DNA from: an uncultured Nitrososphaerota archaeon
Lineage (GTDB): Archaea; Asgardarchaeota; Njordarchaeia; Njordarchaeales; Njordarchaeaceae
DNA length: 64,000 bases
Direction: 5' to 3'
Assembly (NCBI GenBank): GCA_964518475.1
Contig: CAZFGR010000001.1
Coordinates: 160,001-224,000, forward strand
Part shown: positions 10,401 to 19,438 of the stretch, one piece after another
Numbering within the stretch: the stretch's first letter is position 1
Layout of the letters: every line of letters begins with the position of its first letter
Notes under the pieces: model-generated
Database searches by the model: none
What the model was told of the DNA's origin: nothing
The model's input: the letters and a program-made list of their open reading frames with translations, nothing else
Position numbers and translations under genes: made by a program

Positions 10401-11216
10401 CTAATCAGCATCTAATTCGCATTCATATGAAATTCCCAGAATCGAAAGTATTCGTAAAGGCCAGAGACGATTACTATTACCCGATTTTATGATAATCCCT
10501 AACATATTTTTTATCCGCGCTAATCTGATAAGGATTATGATTTTTTCTGTGAGATCCTTGAGTTCGGCTTCGATAATCTCCTTCATACTCCTTTTTTCCC
10601 CCGCCATTGATAAATTCAAAAGATATAATTGGCTTCCATCCTCGCTTTTTGTTACATAATAAGGTTTTTTCTGGAAATTGTTTGCGTAGCTTAGAAATCT
10701 CCTCAGTATATTTTCAAAACCTCCTGGCAGGAAAGAATTTGGAAATGCTATAAGATATATATGTGGATGTTGCCACTGCTTAGGAACATTCTTTGATAAT
10801 TGAAATCCACCTAATATGAGGCCATAGTTCTCCTTTATGAGTTTATTAGATTCATGCACAAAACTTTTAATTCCGCTTCTTGTAAGGATATTTAGCACTT
10901 TACGATCTTCTACATTATGCTTATCAGTTAGAATAATTATTTTCTCCGCACCAATTACTGGTACTTCGCAGACTACTTCTGGATTTTCTCTAAGGAAAAA
11001 TTCCAGAAAGTCCCAAGGAACAAAATCCTTTACTATAGTTTCTGGAAAAAGAAAATGAGTAGACATTATTATTATGTCCTTTCTCTTGGATTTTCTCCGC
11101 TTCTTAGCCTTAATACATAATCTACATTTCCCTACATACTTCCTCAGTAAGTTATCACATGAAAAAACTAGTTTCCATTGCTTTTTCTCCGTATCCCAGC
11201 GTGCGTAAACACCCAT
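10401..11216 (-). CDS. Hypothetical protein
   Basis: Long ORF directly downstream of rps7; start taken at MGVYAR. Confidence 0.6.
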   Translation of the reverse strand: MGVYARWDTEKKQWKLVFSCDNLLRKYVGKCRLCIKAKKRRKSKRKDIIIMSTHFLFPETIVKDFVPWDFLEFFLRENPEVVCEVPVIGAEKIIILTDKHNVEDRKVLNILTRSGIKSFVHESNKLIKENYGLILGGFQLSKNVPKQWQHPHIYLIAFPNSFLPGGFENILRRFLSYANNFQKKPYYVTKSEDGSQLYLLNLSMAGEKRSMKEIIEAELKDLTEKIIILIRLARIKNMLGIIIKSGNSNRLWPLRILSILGISYECELDAD

Positions 11217-11217
11217 T

Positions 11218-11874
11218 CTATCTCGAGGCCTCCGCAATCCTCTCGATCTCAACTTTCTTTCTTATAGCATAGCTATCCATACTATTTCTAGCTGCAAGAA
11301 TTATTTCCTCTGCAAGACACTCCGCTAAGGAGAGAGGACTATTCCAAGCTCGTCTTCTTGCACCAGCTACTATGAATTTTAATGCTAGATCTAATCTTCT
11401 TTGCGGGGCAATGTCAACAGCATATCTCCTAACAATACCTCCTTGTCTTATCTCTACCGTTTCTTCACGAGGCGCTACATTTTCTAGTGCCCTAACGAAT
11501 ACTTGAATTGGATTTTCATTTGTTCTTTTTTCAATTATTTCAAATGCCTGCTTAACTATACCTAGCGCATGGAATTTTTTGCCACCCATCATTCCAATTT
11601 TCTTTGTACCTTTTTCTCTTCCCGGCGCTAATAATCTATTGACAAGTCGCTCCACAATAGGAACATTCGCTTTACCGAACTTTCTTTTCGCATGTCTACC
11701 AAAAGTGTGAGGAAGATACACGGGTTTGAGATTAATATAAGCCCTTAGCCCCGGATCCCGAACTGTGATCCCTTCATAGCTCCACTTACCGAATAGCTTT
11801 AGAGCAGGTTGTAGAGATAATTCTTCCTGCTTCTCACTTTGTGACTCATTATTGCTTTCGTTTTCCTGGCTCAT
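11218..11874 (-). CDS. rps7: 30S ribosomal protein uS7
   Basis: KLFGKW, PIVERLVN, NPIQV, APREE, AVDIAPQRRLDLAL. Confidence 0.98.
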   Translation of the reverse strand: MSQENESNNESQSEKQEELSLQPALKLFGKWSYEGITVRDPGLRAYINLKPVYLPHTFGRHAKRKFGKANVPIVERLVNRLLAPGREKGTKKIGMMGGKKFHALGIVKQAFEIIEKRTNENPIQVFVRALENVAPREETVEIRQGGIVRRYAVDIAPQRRLDLALKFIVAGARRRAWNSPLSLAECLAEEIILAARNSMDSYAIRKKVEIERIAEASR

Positions 11875-12035
11875 CAAGACCCCCAGCTGTTTTAAGCTAT
11901 TACGTGATATACTACTAGTCATATGAAGAGTTTATTTAAAAGTTTGAGAATTATAGGAAATCAACACACATATTTAAATTTGCTAAGAATGGATTATGGA
12001 AAGTATATTACTGAGGTTCTGGATAGGGGGATTTC

Positions 12036-12509
12036 ATGGTAACTAAATCTCCACGTGGTGAATTTGCTGCAAGAGTTTTGCGAAGAAAAAGAAAAAAGCA
12101 GAGATGGGCTGATGTAGAATATAGAAGACGAATGTTGAGGCTTCGAGAAAAATACGATCCCCTAGAGGGCGCTCCTCAAGCAAGCGCCATAGTTTTGGAG
12201 AAAGTGGGTATAGAAGCTAGAAAGCCAACAGGAGCTCTTAGAAAAGCTGTAAGAGTAAAAATAAAGAAAAATGGAAAAATTGTAACAGCTTTCGTGCCTT
12301 ACGATGGAGGATTATTATTCATAGATGAGCACGACGAGGTAATCATTGAGAGGATAGGGGGCAGCCAGGGACGATCAATGGGGGACATGCCCGCGATCAA
12401 ATGATCGCGGGCACCCCAAATCCCAGGAGTTAAGTTCAGAGTCGTCAAAGTAGCTGGCATAGCCCTTAAGGAGTTAGTGACTGGTAGAAAGCGGAAAGAG
12501 AGAAGATAG
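12036..12509 (+). CDS. rps12: 30S ribosomal protein uS12, spliced: join(12036..12386,12420..12509), 146 aa
   Basis: uS12 N-terminal part runs to MGD; after a 33-nt insert the frame continues [29 protein letters not shown]. Confidence 0.95.
12387..12419 (+). other. BHB microintron in rps12 mRNA (33 nt, contains in-frame TGA)
   Basis: GGGG-AC^A-TGCCCGCGATCA-aa-TGATCGCGGGCA-CCCC-AA^A; canonical cuts give GAC ATC (D-I). Confidence 0.92.
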
Positions 12510-12583
12510 TCACTTTCTATATCCACTACTCCGTTTTCAGTGTTTTTCATTAAACACTATTTATTTTTTGTAAGGAAAACGCT

Positions 12584-13624
12584 ATGGAGCCTCTTGCAGA
12601 ATACACTCGCAAAAGAATTTTTAAGATAACCCCTGAAACTGATATCCCATTAATGGGCTGTATCGCTTTTGGTTTGATTGACCGTGGCACTAATCTTATT
12701 CAGGTACGTCCAGTTACTACATGCCCTCTTTCGTGTATTTTTTGTGCAACAGATGCTGGTCCTAGATCCAGAAATAGGCAGACAGAATATATCGTCGAGC
12801 TTGATTATCTTGTTGAGGAATTTAGGAAATTGGTTATGTTTAAGGGTCCAAAAAAGATTGAAGCTCACATAGACACCGTTGGTGACCCATTGACATATCC
12901 CAGAATTGTAGAGCTGGTGCAAGAGCTATCTGAGACTCCAGGAGTTGATGTAATATCTCTTCAAACTCATGGTGTTTTGCTTACCGAGAAGTTAGTGGAT
13001 GAGCTTGATGCTGCTGGGTTATCTAGAATAAATCTCTCAATAGATTCTCTCGACCCCGATTTAGCAAAGTACCTTTCAAATACACCAAGTTATAATCTGG
13101 ACAAGGTATTAGGAATTGCTGAGTATATTGCAAACAGTAGTGGAATAGATCTTTTGATAGCTCCTGTTTGGGTTCCAGGAATTAACGATTCAGAGATCCC
13201 AAAAATTATTGAATTCGCTTTGCGTATTGGGGCTGGAAAACGTTGGCCTCCCCTAGGAATACAGAAATATATACCACATAAAAGAGGCCGTAAACCAAAA
13301 AATGTGAAAGCAATGAGTTGGTCACGTTTTTACAAGCAATTACGGATTTGGGAAAAGAAATATGGTGTAAAGCTAATTTTAAAGCCGGAAGATTTTGGTA
13401 TTCACAGGAGAAAGAGCTTGAAAGCTCCTTTTAAGATTGGTGAAGTAGTTAGAGCGACTGTTGTTGCCCCGGGATGGCTTAAGAACGAGGTAATTGGAAG
13501 AGCTAAGGGATTCTGTATAACGATAGTTAATGCAACTATTGAGGAAATACCTATAGGCACTGATGTTTTTGTTAAGATAGAGAAGACTAAACACAATATT
13601 TTGATTGGTAAGTTAGCTAGATAA
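12584..13624 (+). CDS. Radical SAM protein with C-terminal TRAM-like domain
   Basis: CPLSCIFC CxxxCxxC motif; beta-rich C-terminus (IGTDVFVKIEKTKHNILIG). Confidence 0.9.
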   Translation: MEPLAEYTRKRIFKITPETDIPLMGCIAFGLIDRGTNLIQVRPVTTCPLSCIFCATDAGPRSRNRQTEYIVELDYLVEEFRKLVMFKGPKKIEAHIDTVGDPLTYPRIVELVQELSETPGVDVISLQTHGVLLTEKLVDELDAAGLSRINLSIDSLDPDLAKYLSNTPSYNLDKVLGIAEYIANSSGIDLLIAPVWVPGINDSEIPKIIEFALRIGAGKRWPPLGIQKYIPHKRGRKPKNVKAMSWSRFYKQLRIWEKKYGVKLILKPEDFGIHRRKSLKAPFKIGEVVRATVVAPGWLKNEVIGRAKGFCITIVNATIEEIPIGTDVFVKIEKTKHNILIGKLAR

Positions 13625-14063
13625 TCCGAACGTACTCTACGTCAAAATATTTCGATAGGAAATATCTGGCTCTATACAGTTTATAGCTATTCTTTCCAAG
13701 TGCTTTACCTCGGTCCCATGGAGAAACTTTAACTAATAGAGATTTCCGCCCATTCTTCATAGATCTTGAGAATACGTTCTCTACCTTAGCGGGTTTAAAT
13801 AAGTTCTGAATAAACTTCTCTAAATTCTCTGAATAGACAATAATATCCACTTTTTTCTTAAACTCGTCCGAAAGCATTCTTACAATATCTAGCGTTTTCT
13901 CTCTTATTTTTCTAGCGTCAGCGGGAGTTATTAAAAAAGATATTGTCTCATTCGTCTCATAATAGTCAATAGGTGTGATCCCAGTGAGCGTTGTAAAGAA
14001 TGTGTAGATGAAAATTTTCCGGGGATCATCGAGTTTAAGTTCCTTGTTTGGTTCTTTTCCCAA
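13617..14063 (-). CDS. nusA: Archaeal NusA (two KH domains)
   Basis: FIQNLFKPAKV, DRGKALGKN; follows rpl30e; TTG start after GGGGAGG. Confidence 0.85.
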   Translation of the reverse strand: MGKEPNKELKLDDPRKIFIYTFFTTLTGITPIDYYETNETISFLITPADARKIREKTLDIVRMLSDEFKKKVDIIVYSENLEKFIQNLFKPAKVENVFSRSMKNGRKSLLVKVSPWDRGKALGKNSYKLYRARYFLSKYFDVEYVRII

Positions 14064-14100
14064 TCTCCTCCCCCGATTAATACATAGATGAGAATTATGA

Positions 14101-14472
14101 TTATAGAGTTGGCACCTTGCCCAGTTTGATAATTTCGCTTGTTCCAGGATCAATTACGACTAATGACGAAACTATATGGGGTCGTCTGCATACCTCGCCG
14201 AGTTCTTTAACCGTTCCTGGGAATTTTATATATGGTACATTTGCTAGTGCGCATAGATATTTCAAATATAAGTCTCTCTCCTTAGGTGTGTTAAGAGTCA
14301 CAACCACAGCTTTTGCTTCTCCTCTCTGAAGAGCTCTTACAGTATTTCTGAAACCAAACTTTAATTTCCCAGTATTTAGTACGAGTTGAATTTCCTTGAT
14401 GAGTTTTTCCCTGAATTCTTTTTCTTCTCGCGATAGTTCATAGAACATTGTTTTCATTTGGGTCACCGTCAT
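14101..14472 (-). CDS. rpl30e: 50S ribosomal protein eL30
   Basis: TGKLKFG, ELGEVCRRPH, IDPGTSEI. Confidence 0.93.
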   Translation of the reverse strand: MTVTQMKTMFYELSREEKEFREKLIKEIQLVLNTGKLKFGFRNTVRALQRGEAKAVVVTLNTPKERDLYLKYLCALANVPYIKFPGTVKELGEVCRRPHIVSSLVVIDPGTSEIIKLGKVPTL

Positions 14473-14571
14473 AATTCTTCCGCTAAAATAATGTTCTCAT
14501 TCATGTTGCCTTATAGAGTATTAAAATTATACTGCTAGCTAAGACCCTCTGGGTACTTAGACGTTTCTCTT

Positions 14572-15258
14572 TCATTTTTTCTCTATGCATTCGCGAAAAT
14601 GTTTAAAATTTATCTTCGAAGGCTCAATAATTCTCTCTCTGCATATGATTTCATGAAGCACACTTAAGGCTTTTAATAATCGTTTCATTCTGTTCTTAGT
14701 TCTTTCAAGTAGGTTATTCGCAATGTCTATAATCCTATATAAGTATTCTTTTTCGACTAATAATCCATTAAATTTCGTAGCTACAGGCAAATACATTTTT
14801 TCAGTACTAGTAAAATCCATTATTACGTGCCCTTTATTATGATTGATTGCTCGGATCCCAGAATCCTTAAAACCTAGAAATCTAGCTAATTTAATAAAGA
14901 AAGATGCCCAATCAATACTGCTTACTGCAACAGCTACGATCATACCTTCCAACTTTAGCCACACGATACCTTTTGGTTCGTAATTTTCCAGAATATTCCA
15001 CACAACATCGGGCTTAACTGGTGAGTGCCAACGAGCAACCTTTACACTATCCTTTTTGCTTCCCGTGTAAGGAATATCTATTAGAAGTATTCTTCCAGAA
15101 CACGAAGATGTAGTATATGCAAATGGTAGAAGATTAATCATGTTTAATAAGGGTATAATATCCTCATCTACTTCTCCACGCTCGATAGCTTGCGAGAGTC
15201 TTCTTATGAAAACTTTCTTTCTTTGAATGAACTCTCGCGATATTCTAAAGGTCTCCAT
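14572..15258 (-). CDS. taw3: tRNA wybutosine-pathway methyltransferase Taw3/TYW3
   Basis: GEVDEDIIPLL, YTTSSCSGRI, GFKDSGI. Confidence 0.92.
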   Translation of the reverse strand: METFRISREFIQRKKVFIRRLSQAIERGEVDEDIIPLLNMINLLPFAYTTSSCSGRILLIDIPYTGSKKDSVKVARWHSPVKPDVVWNILENYEPKGIVWLKLEGMIVAVAVSSIDWASFFIKLARFLGFKDSGIRAINHNKGHVIMDFTSTEKMYLPVATKFNGLLVEKEYLYRIIDIANNLLERTKNRMKRLLKALSVLHEIICRERIIEPSKINFKHFRECIEKK

Positions 15259-15349
15259 ACTTACACCAAAAAAGGGAAGAGATAAAAATTCTTTAAGGTT
15301 TTGGAACAATATCTTATTAAAGATTGAGATTTATCGATTAGATTATGGC

Positions 15350-15400
15350 ATGAAGAAGGATCAACCGTCTGAATACAATGATGAACGGTCCACTTTCGGA
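15350..15400 (+). ncRNA. Box C/D guide sRNA
   Basis: C ATGAAGA, 12-nt guide, D' CTGA, C' ATGATGA, 12-nt guide, D CGGA; first guide complements the conserved 16S 5' motif CGGUUGAUCCU. Confidence 0.8.
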
Positions 15401-15405
15401 TTCTT

Positions 15406-18267
15406 CTATCTTTGCCAAAAAACTCTCGTCCTGAAGTACGCAGCTTCTCTCTTACGCAACTCTCTTATTAGCGCTGATCGATCCTCGGCATATCGTTTTA
15501 AAATCTCTATTGCTTGTTTTGGGCCTATTCCCCTAGTTGCTACTGTTATTGCTGTTAATTCTTTATAGGTTTGTAGGAATCTACTTATTTGCTCAGCTAA
15601 TATCAGCTTTTCAACCTCTTTTGCACTTAGCTTCATTTTCTTTTTAAGCTTATCAATTATCATTGGTAACTCTTTTTCATGTTTCTTTGAAACAACAATT
15701 CTCGTTGAATCACACCGCGGACATTTAAGAAGAACATCTGAAACTGGTCTAATCTCTTTATAACCACATGATAAGCAAAGATAGAGAACTTCTTTTCTTA
15801 AGAGCCTCTCCTCATATTTTCTGATGACTAGTTTATCTAGGTCCCTAACAATCACCTGTGGCGTTACTGGTAGGGCCATACCGAGAGGTGAGAGACCACG
15901 TACAAACCAAATATTTATTTGCCCCTCATCAATTTTAAGGAGCATTTCTCTCGTGTGTTTGAGATCTAGATTGTAAAAAATATACTCATGAACAGCCTCT
16001 GCAAAAACCGGTGTGTCAATGTACTCACTTAGTATTCTCGCTAATTTCGTTTTAGATAAGTAAGTCTCGCTTTTTACGAGCCCAAACCGTTTCAAAACTT
16101 GAAGAAAATACCACATTACCTCGTTAAGCTTATTTTCTCTGACTATCTCTATCAGAAATTTCTTCAACGATGTTAGATCCCTAGCATAGTCTATTAAGGT
16201 ATTGAACGCTTCTTCTAAAGCTGTTATAAGAAAATCCTCGCGTAAGTAGAATGTTCGGTAAAGAAAGAATTGAATACGATAAGCGTCACTGTCAAACTCG
16301 GTCATGGGAAAGTTAGGATTCTCGGATAATAATGCAGCTAATAAAATAGCGAGTGTCCTATTTATGTTCGTACCGAAAGGAGAATGAATAATTACTATTC
16401 CCTTAATTTCGTCGATCTCTACTACAATGTTTTTATCGTCCGGAATCGGTCGATCCTTCGGATAACTTTCAGCAATTCCTTTTAACCATTTTTTAGCAAC
16501 GGGAGAGAAGTAACTCTCTTTCAAAGTCTCTTCAAAATTTATCCTCCAAGTTTTTCTGATCTTACCAACTTCTTGCGCCACCTCAAACGAGACAGGAAGG
16601 AGCTCCCCTGTCCACTTAGGCGGAACGGCTTCAATATTGGCAGGAGAGACGAAAACAGCTTTTTTCTCAGCATTAATCTCAAGTACTTCTCTAGGAATAC
16701 CAGCTAAAAGGAAGTGATCTCCTACTTCAGTTTCCAATACGAATTTCTCATCTACTTCTCCAATCTTTCTTCCTTCCTCAATATCAATGACGTCATATTT
16801 CAAAACGGAGGGGATTGTTGAAACATTCTCAAAATAATAACTTAATGCACCTTTTCTGAGAATTATCCGTCCTCGCTCTCTAATAATTAACCTACAGCGT
16901 TGTTCTAAGAAGTTTAGTACCCATTTGAAATCTTCTATTGAAAGCTCTCTAAATGGGTATGCTCTTTTTATTACCTGGTAAACCTCCGATTCTCTCGGAT
17001 AAACTCCTCGATCTAAATATTTTTCCCGTACAATTCCGATTATCTGATGAGCCAGCACGTCATAACTTACGTCTATTACTTTTAAAGGCTCTAATATCCC
17101 CTTCTTGATTAGTCTAGCAATAGCCAACGATTCATATAGATCATCAATTGTCGAAGCTATTATAACTCCCCGAGTTATTAACGATATTCTATGACCAGAT
17201 CGCCCTATTCGCTGAAGCGCTGTCTCAACACGTCGCGGACTCATTACCTGAATTACTAATCCTATCTCTCCAATATCTATTCCAAGCTCCAACGAGGATG
17301 TAGCTATGACACATTTGAGATTTCCTTCTCTGAAATCTCGTTCAATTCCCACTCTTAATTCTCTACTTAGAGAGCTATGATGAATAGCAAAAGGGAAGCG
17401 TGCATATTTCTTCATATAAAGCCCAAGTAGTTCTGCTAGATCTCTTGTATTTGTGAAAACCAGTACCTTACCCCTTTCTTTATCTACGTACTCAACAATT
17501 TTTCGAGCTATCTCGGCCACATTGACTCTTATTCCGAGACCGAAAATATTGGGCGCAGGGGATAACTCTGGTTTTACAGCATCTATTTTCAAATGAATTT
17601 TTTTATATTCCTTTGTTTCAATTATTTTTCCGCCTCTACCTCCCGTGATAAACTCCAATACTTCTCGAGGATTTTGTACAGTCGCGCTGAGGGCGATTAT
17701 TGATAGATCCCGTTGTGCTAATTCCCTCAGTCTCTCTAAACCCACAGCTAATTGGCAACCTCTCTTATTATCAACAAGAGCATGTACTTCATCTATTATA
17801 ACCCAGCGAACATTTTTCAGATATGATCTAATTCTCTTTCCACATAGAATAGATTGGAAAGATTCTGGTGTTGTGATAAGAATTTGAGGAGGTTTTTTTG
17901 CCTGCCTACTTTTCGCTGACTTGGGAGTATCGCTGTGTCTGACTTCAATAGTTATGCCTAAGGCATTTCCGATCTCAACTAATCTCTTGAAAATATCCCT
18001 ATTAAGCGATCGGAGAGGAGTTATGTAAAGTACTAAGATTCCCTTCTCTTTTATCCCTTCCTTACTCAGTAGTATGTGTAAGATAGGAAAAATTGCAGCT
18101 TCGGTCTTTCCAGCGCCAGTGGGGGCGATGAGTAGAAAATTGCCTCGAGGATTCCTAAGTATCTCTGGTATTGCTAATTCTTGTATTTTTGTCGGTTTTT
18201 TGTATCCAAATTTTCTTAGTATACTTTTCAACCTCTCGTCTAACAAGTCAAATACTTGCCTCTCCAC
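15406..18267 (-). CDS. lhr: Lhr-family SF2 helicase with C-terminal Zn ribbon
   Basis: APTGAGKT, DEVH, SAT, ATSSLELGIDIG, QRIGRSGH; C-terminal CxxC...CxxC. Confidence 0.93.
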   Translation of the reverse strand: MERQVFDLLDERLKSILRKFGYKKPTKIQELAIPEILRNPRGNFLLIAPTGAGKTEAAIFPILHILLSKEGIKEKGILVLYITPLRSLNRDIFKRLVEIGNALGITIEVRHSDTPKSAKSRQAKKPPQILITTPESFQSILCGKRIRSYLKNVRWVIIDEVHALVDNKRGCQLAVGLERLRELAQRDLSIIALSATVQNPREVLEFITGGRGGKIIETKEYKKIHLKIDAVKPELSPAPNIFGLGIRVNVAEIARKIVEYVDKERGKVLVFTNTRDLAELLGLYMKKYARFPFAIHHSSLSRELRVGIERDFREGNLKCVIATSSLELGIDIGEIGLVIQVMSPRRVETALQRIGRSGHRISLITRGVIIASTIDDLYESLAIARLIKKGILEPLKVIDVSYDVLAHQIIGIVREKYLDRGVYPRESEVYQVIKRAYPFRELSIEDFKWVLNFLEQRCRLIIRERGRIILRKGALSYYFENVSTIPSVLKYDVIDIEEGRKIGEVDEKFVLETEVGDHFLLAGIPREVLEINAEKKAVFVSPANIEAVPPKWTGELLPVSFEVAQEVGKIRKTWRINFEETLKESYFSPVAKKWLKGIAESYPKDRPIPDDKNIVVEIDEIKGIVIIHSPFGTNINRTLAILLAALLSENPNFPMTEFDSDAYRIQFFLYRTFYLREDFLITALEEAFNTLIDYARDLTSLKKFLIEIVRENKLNEVMWYFLQVLKRFGLVKSETYLSKTKLARILSEYIDTPVFAEAVHEYIFYNLDLKHTREMLLKIDEGQINIWFVRGLSPLGMALPVTPQVIVRDLDKLVIRKYEERLLRKEVLYLCLSCGYKEIRPVSDVLLKCPRCDSTRIVVSKKHEKELPMIIDKLKKKMKLSAKEVEKLILAEQISRFLQTYKELTAITVATRGIGPKQAIEILKRYAEDRSALIRELRKREAAYFRTRVFWQR

Positions 18268-18692
18268 TATTTTGCCTCCTCATAGATTTCCTGCAGAAGC
18301 GCTTCTGCAAAATTTCCTAACGTATTTATTAGAACCTTATCACTCAGAATACTTTGCACTATTCTCTTTATTCTCTCTGGCGACTCTCTAAGCACGTCCT
18401 CTACAACATCTCTTTCATCGAAAGGCAATAAGTTGAGACATTCTCTACTTAATTTATAAATCTCCAAAAAGCTCTGTAATATGATTTCCTTCTTCCCCTC
18501 TCTACAAGCTTCCGACAGTTTACTAAGCATATATCTTAGTTTAAGCATGTATTCTGGAGGGATCCGTTCATCATCAAGAACACTTTCTAAGACAAAAGAT
18601 ATAGCGTCTAGAAGTTCTAAGAAAAGTTGTTGAGTTTTTCTCAATATATCTTCCCTCCTGAGCCTCTGGGGAGAACTCAGAGCTGGTGCCAT
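18267..18692 (-). CDS. Hypothetical helical protein
   Basis: 141-aa ORF whose stop abuts the lhr start. Confidence 0.65.
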   Translation of the reverse strand: MAPALSSPQRLRREDILRKTQQLFLELLDAISFVLESVLDDERIPPEYMLKLRYMLSKLSEACREGKKEIILQSFLEIYKLSRECLNLLPFDERDVVEDVLRESPERIKRIVQSILSDKVLINTLGNFAEALLQEIYEEAK

Positions 18693-18751
18693 TCTTCATT
18701 TTTCAGTCGAAACACTCCCTCTTCATCGTTCTCTTCCCCGGCGTTGGATCG

Positions 18752-18802
18752 TCAGGCGGCCCATCAGCTCATCACGAAATCAGTAGCGCTGGGATTCATC
18801 AT
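18752..18802 (-). ncRNA. Box C/D guide sRNA
   Basis: Minus strand ATGATGA-ATCCCAGCGCTA-CTGA-tttc-GTGATGA-GCTGATGGGCCGC-CTGA; all four boxes canonical; D guide complements the 16S motif GCGGCCCAUCAG. Confidence 0.9.
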
Positions 18803-18886
18803 CTTGTTACTGCTGGATAACAAAATTAGTACCTGTTCTTAAAAAATAAGTTGGTTTATTCTGTAAGGGACCAAATCATAATTCAG

Positions 18887-19438
18887 TTAGTGATATATAA
18901 TAAAATCTTTTTTCTTAAAATTGCTTTTACCCGCCACCGCTAAGAAAACCATGAAAGCCTGTAAAAAATGCGCAATTCCCGCTTTTCCTTTGAAATTAAA
19001 CCACCACGCTCTAAAAACCGGTGGCATACAAAAAGGTTTATAATTAGTCCACTTTCGAAGCATCATTATGAATTCTCTATCCCATCTAGGATCTCCTATT
19101 GTGGGAGGATGTTTAGGATAACTTATTGGGACGTTTATTGTTACTGTTAACCAGTATTCTCGTCCCATATTAAAGAGTTCACCAACATTAACATCTACAA
19201 GGAATCTTTGCGGATTATTCTTTGCGATACGGAGATTCTTGAAAGGTACATTAGCATTGAATAATCTCCATGTTTCGAATACTCTAATTTCTTCCTTGAC
19301 TCTGTCGAGCCATTTATTTGTACGTGGAGAAGCTATTATTTGAAGCGATGGGATATCTGTATAGAAATTCCACACGAGAGGAATACCACGAGCTTTTTTC
19401 TGCCTTAAGACGATCTTTAGAGACGGGAGGTCTTTCAA
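18887..19438 (-). CDS. UFC1-like (UFM1-conjugating-type) E2 enzyme
   Basis: [11 protein letters not shown]...[31 protein letters not shown]...GIAHFL are collinear with UFC1 motifs; Cys at the catalytic position. Confidence 0.75.
   Translation of the reverse strand: [183 protein letters not shown]

Noticed and set aside
12387-12419. Selenocysteine or stop readthrough at the in-frame TGA in rps12
   Set aside because: It would insert 11 residues into an invariant motif; BHB geometry explains the insert exactly.
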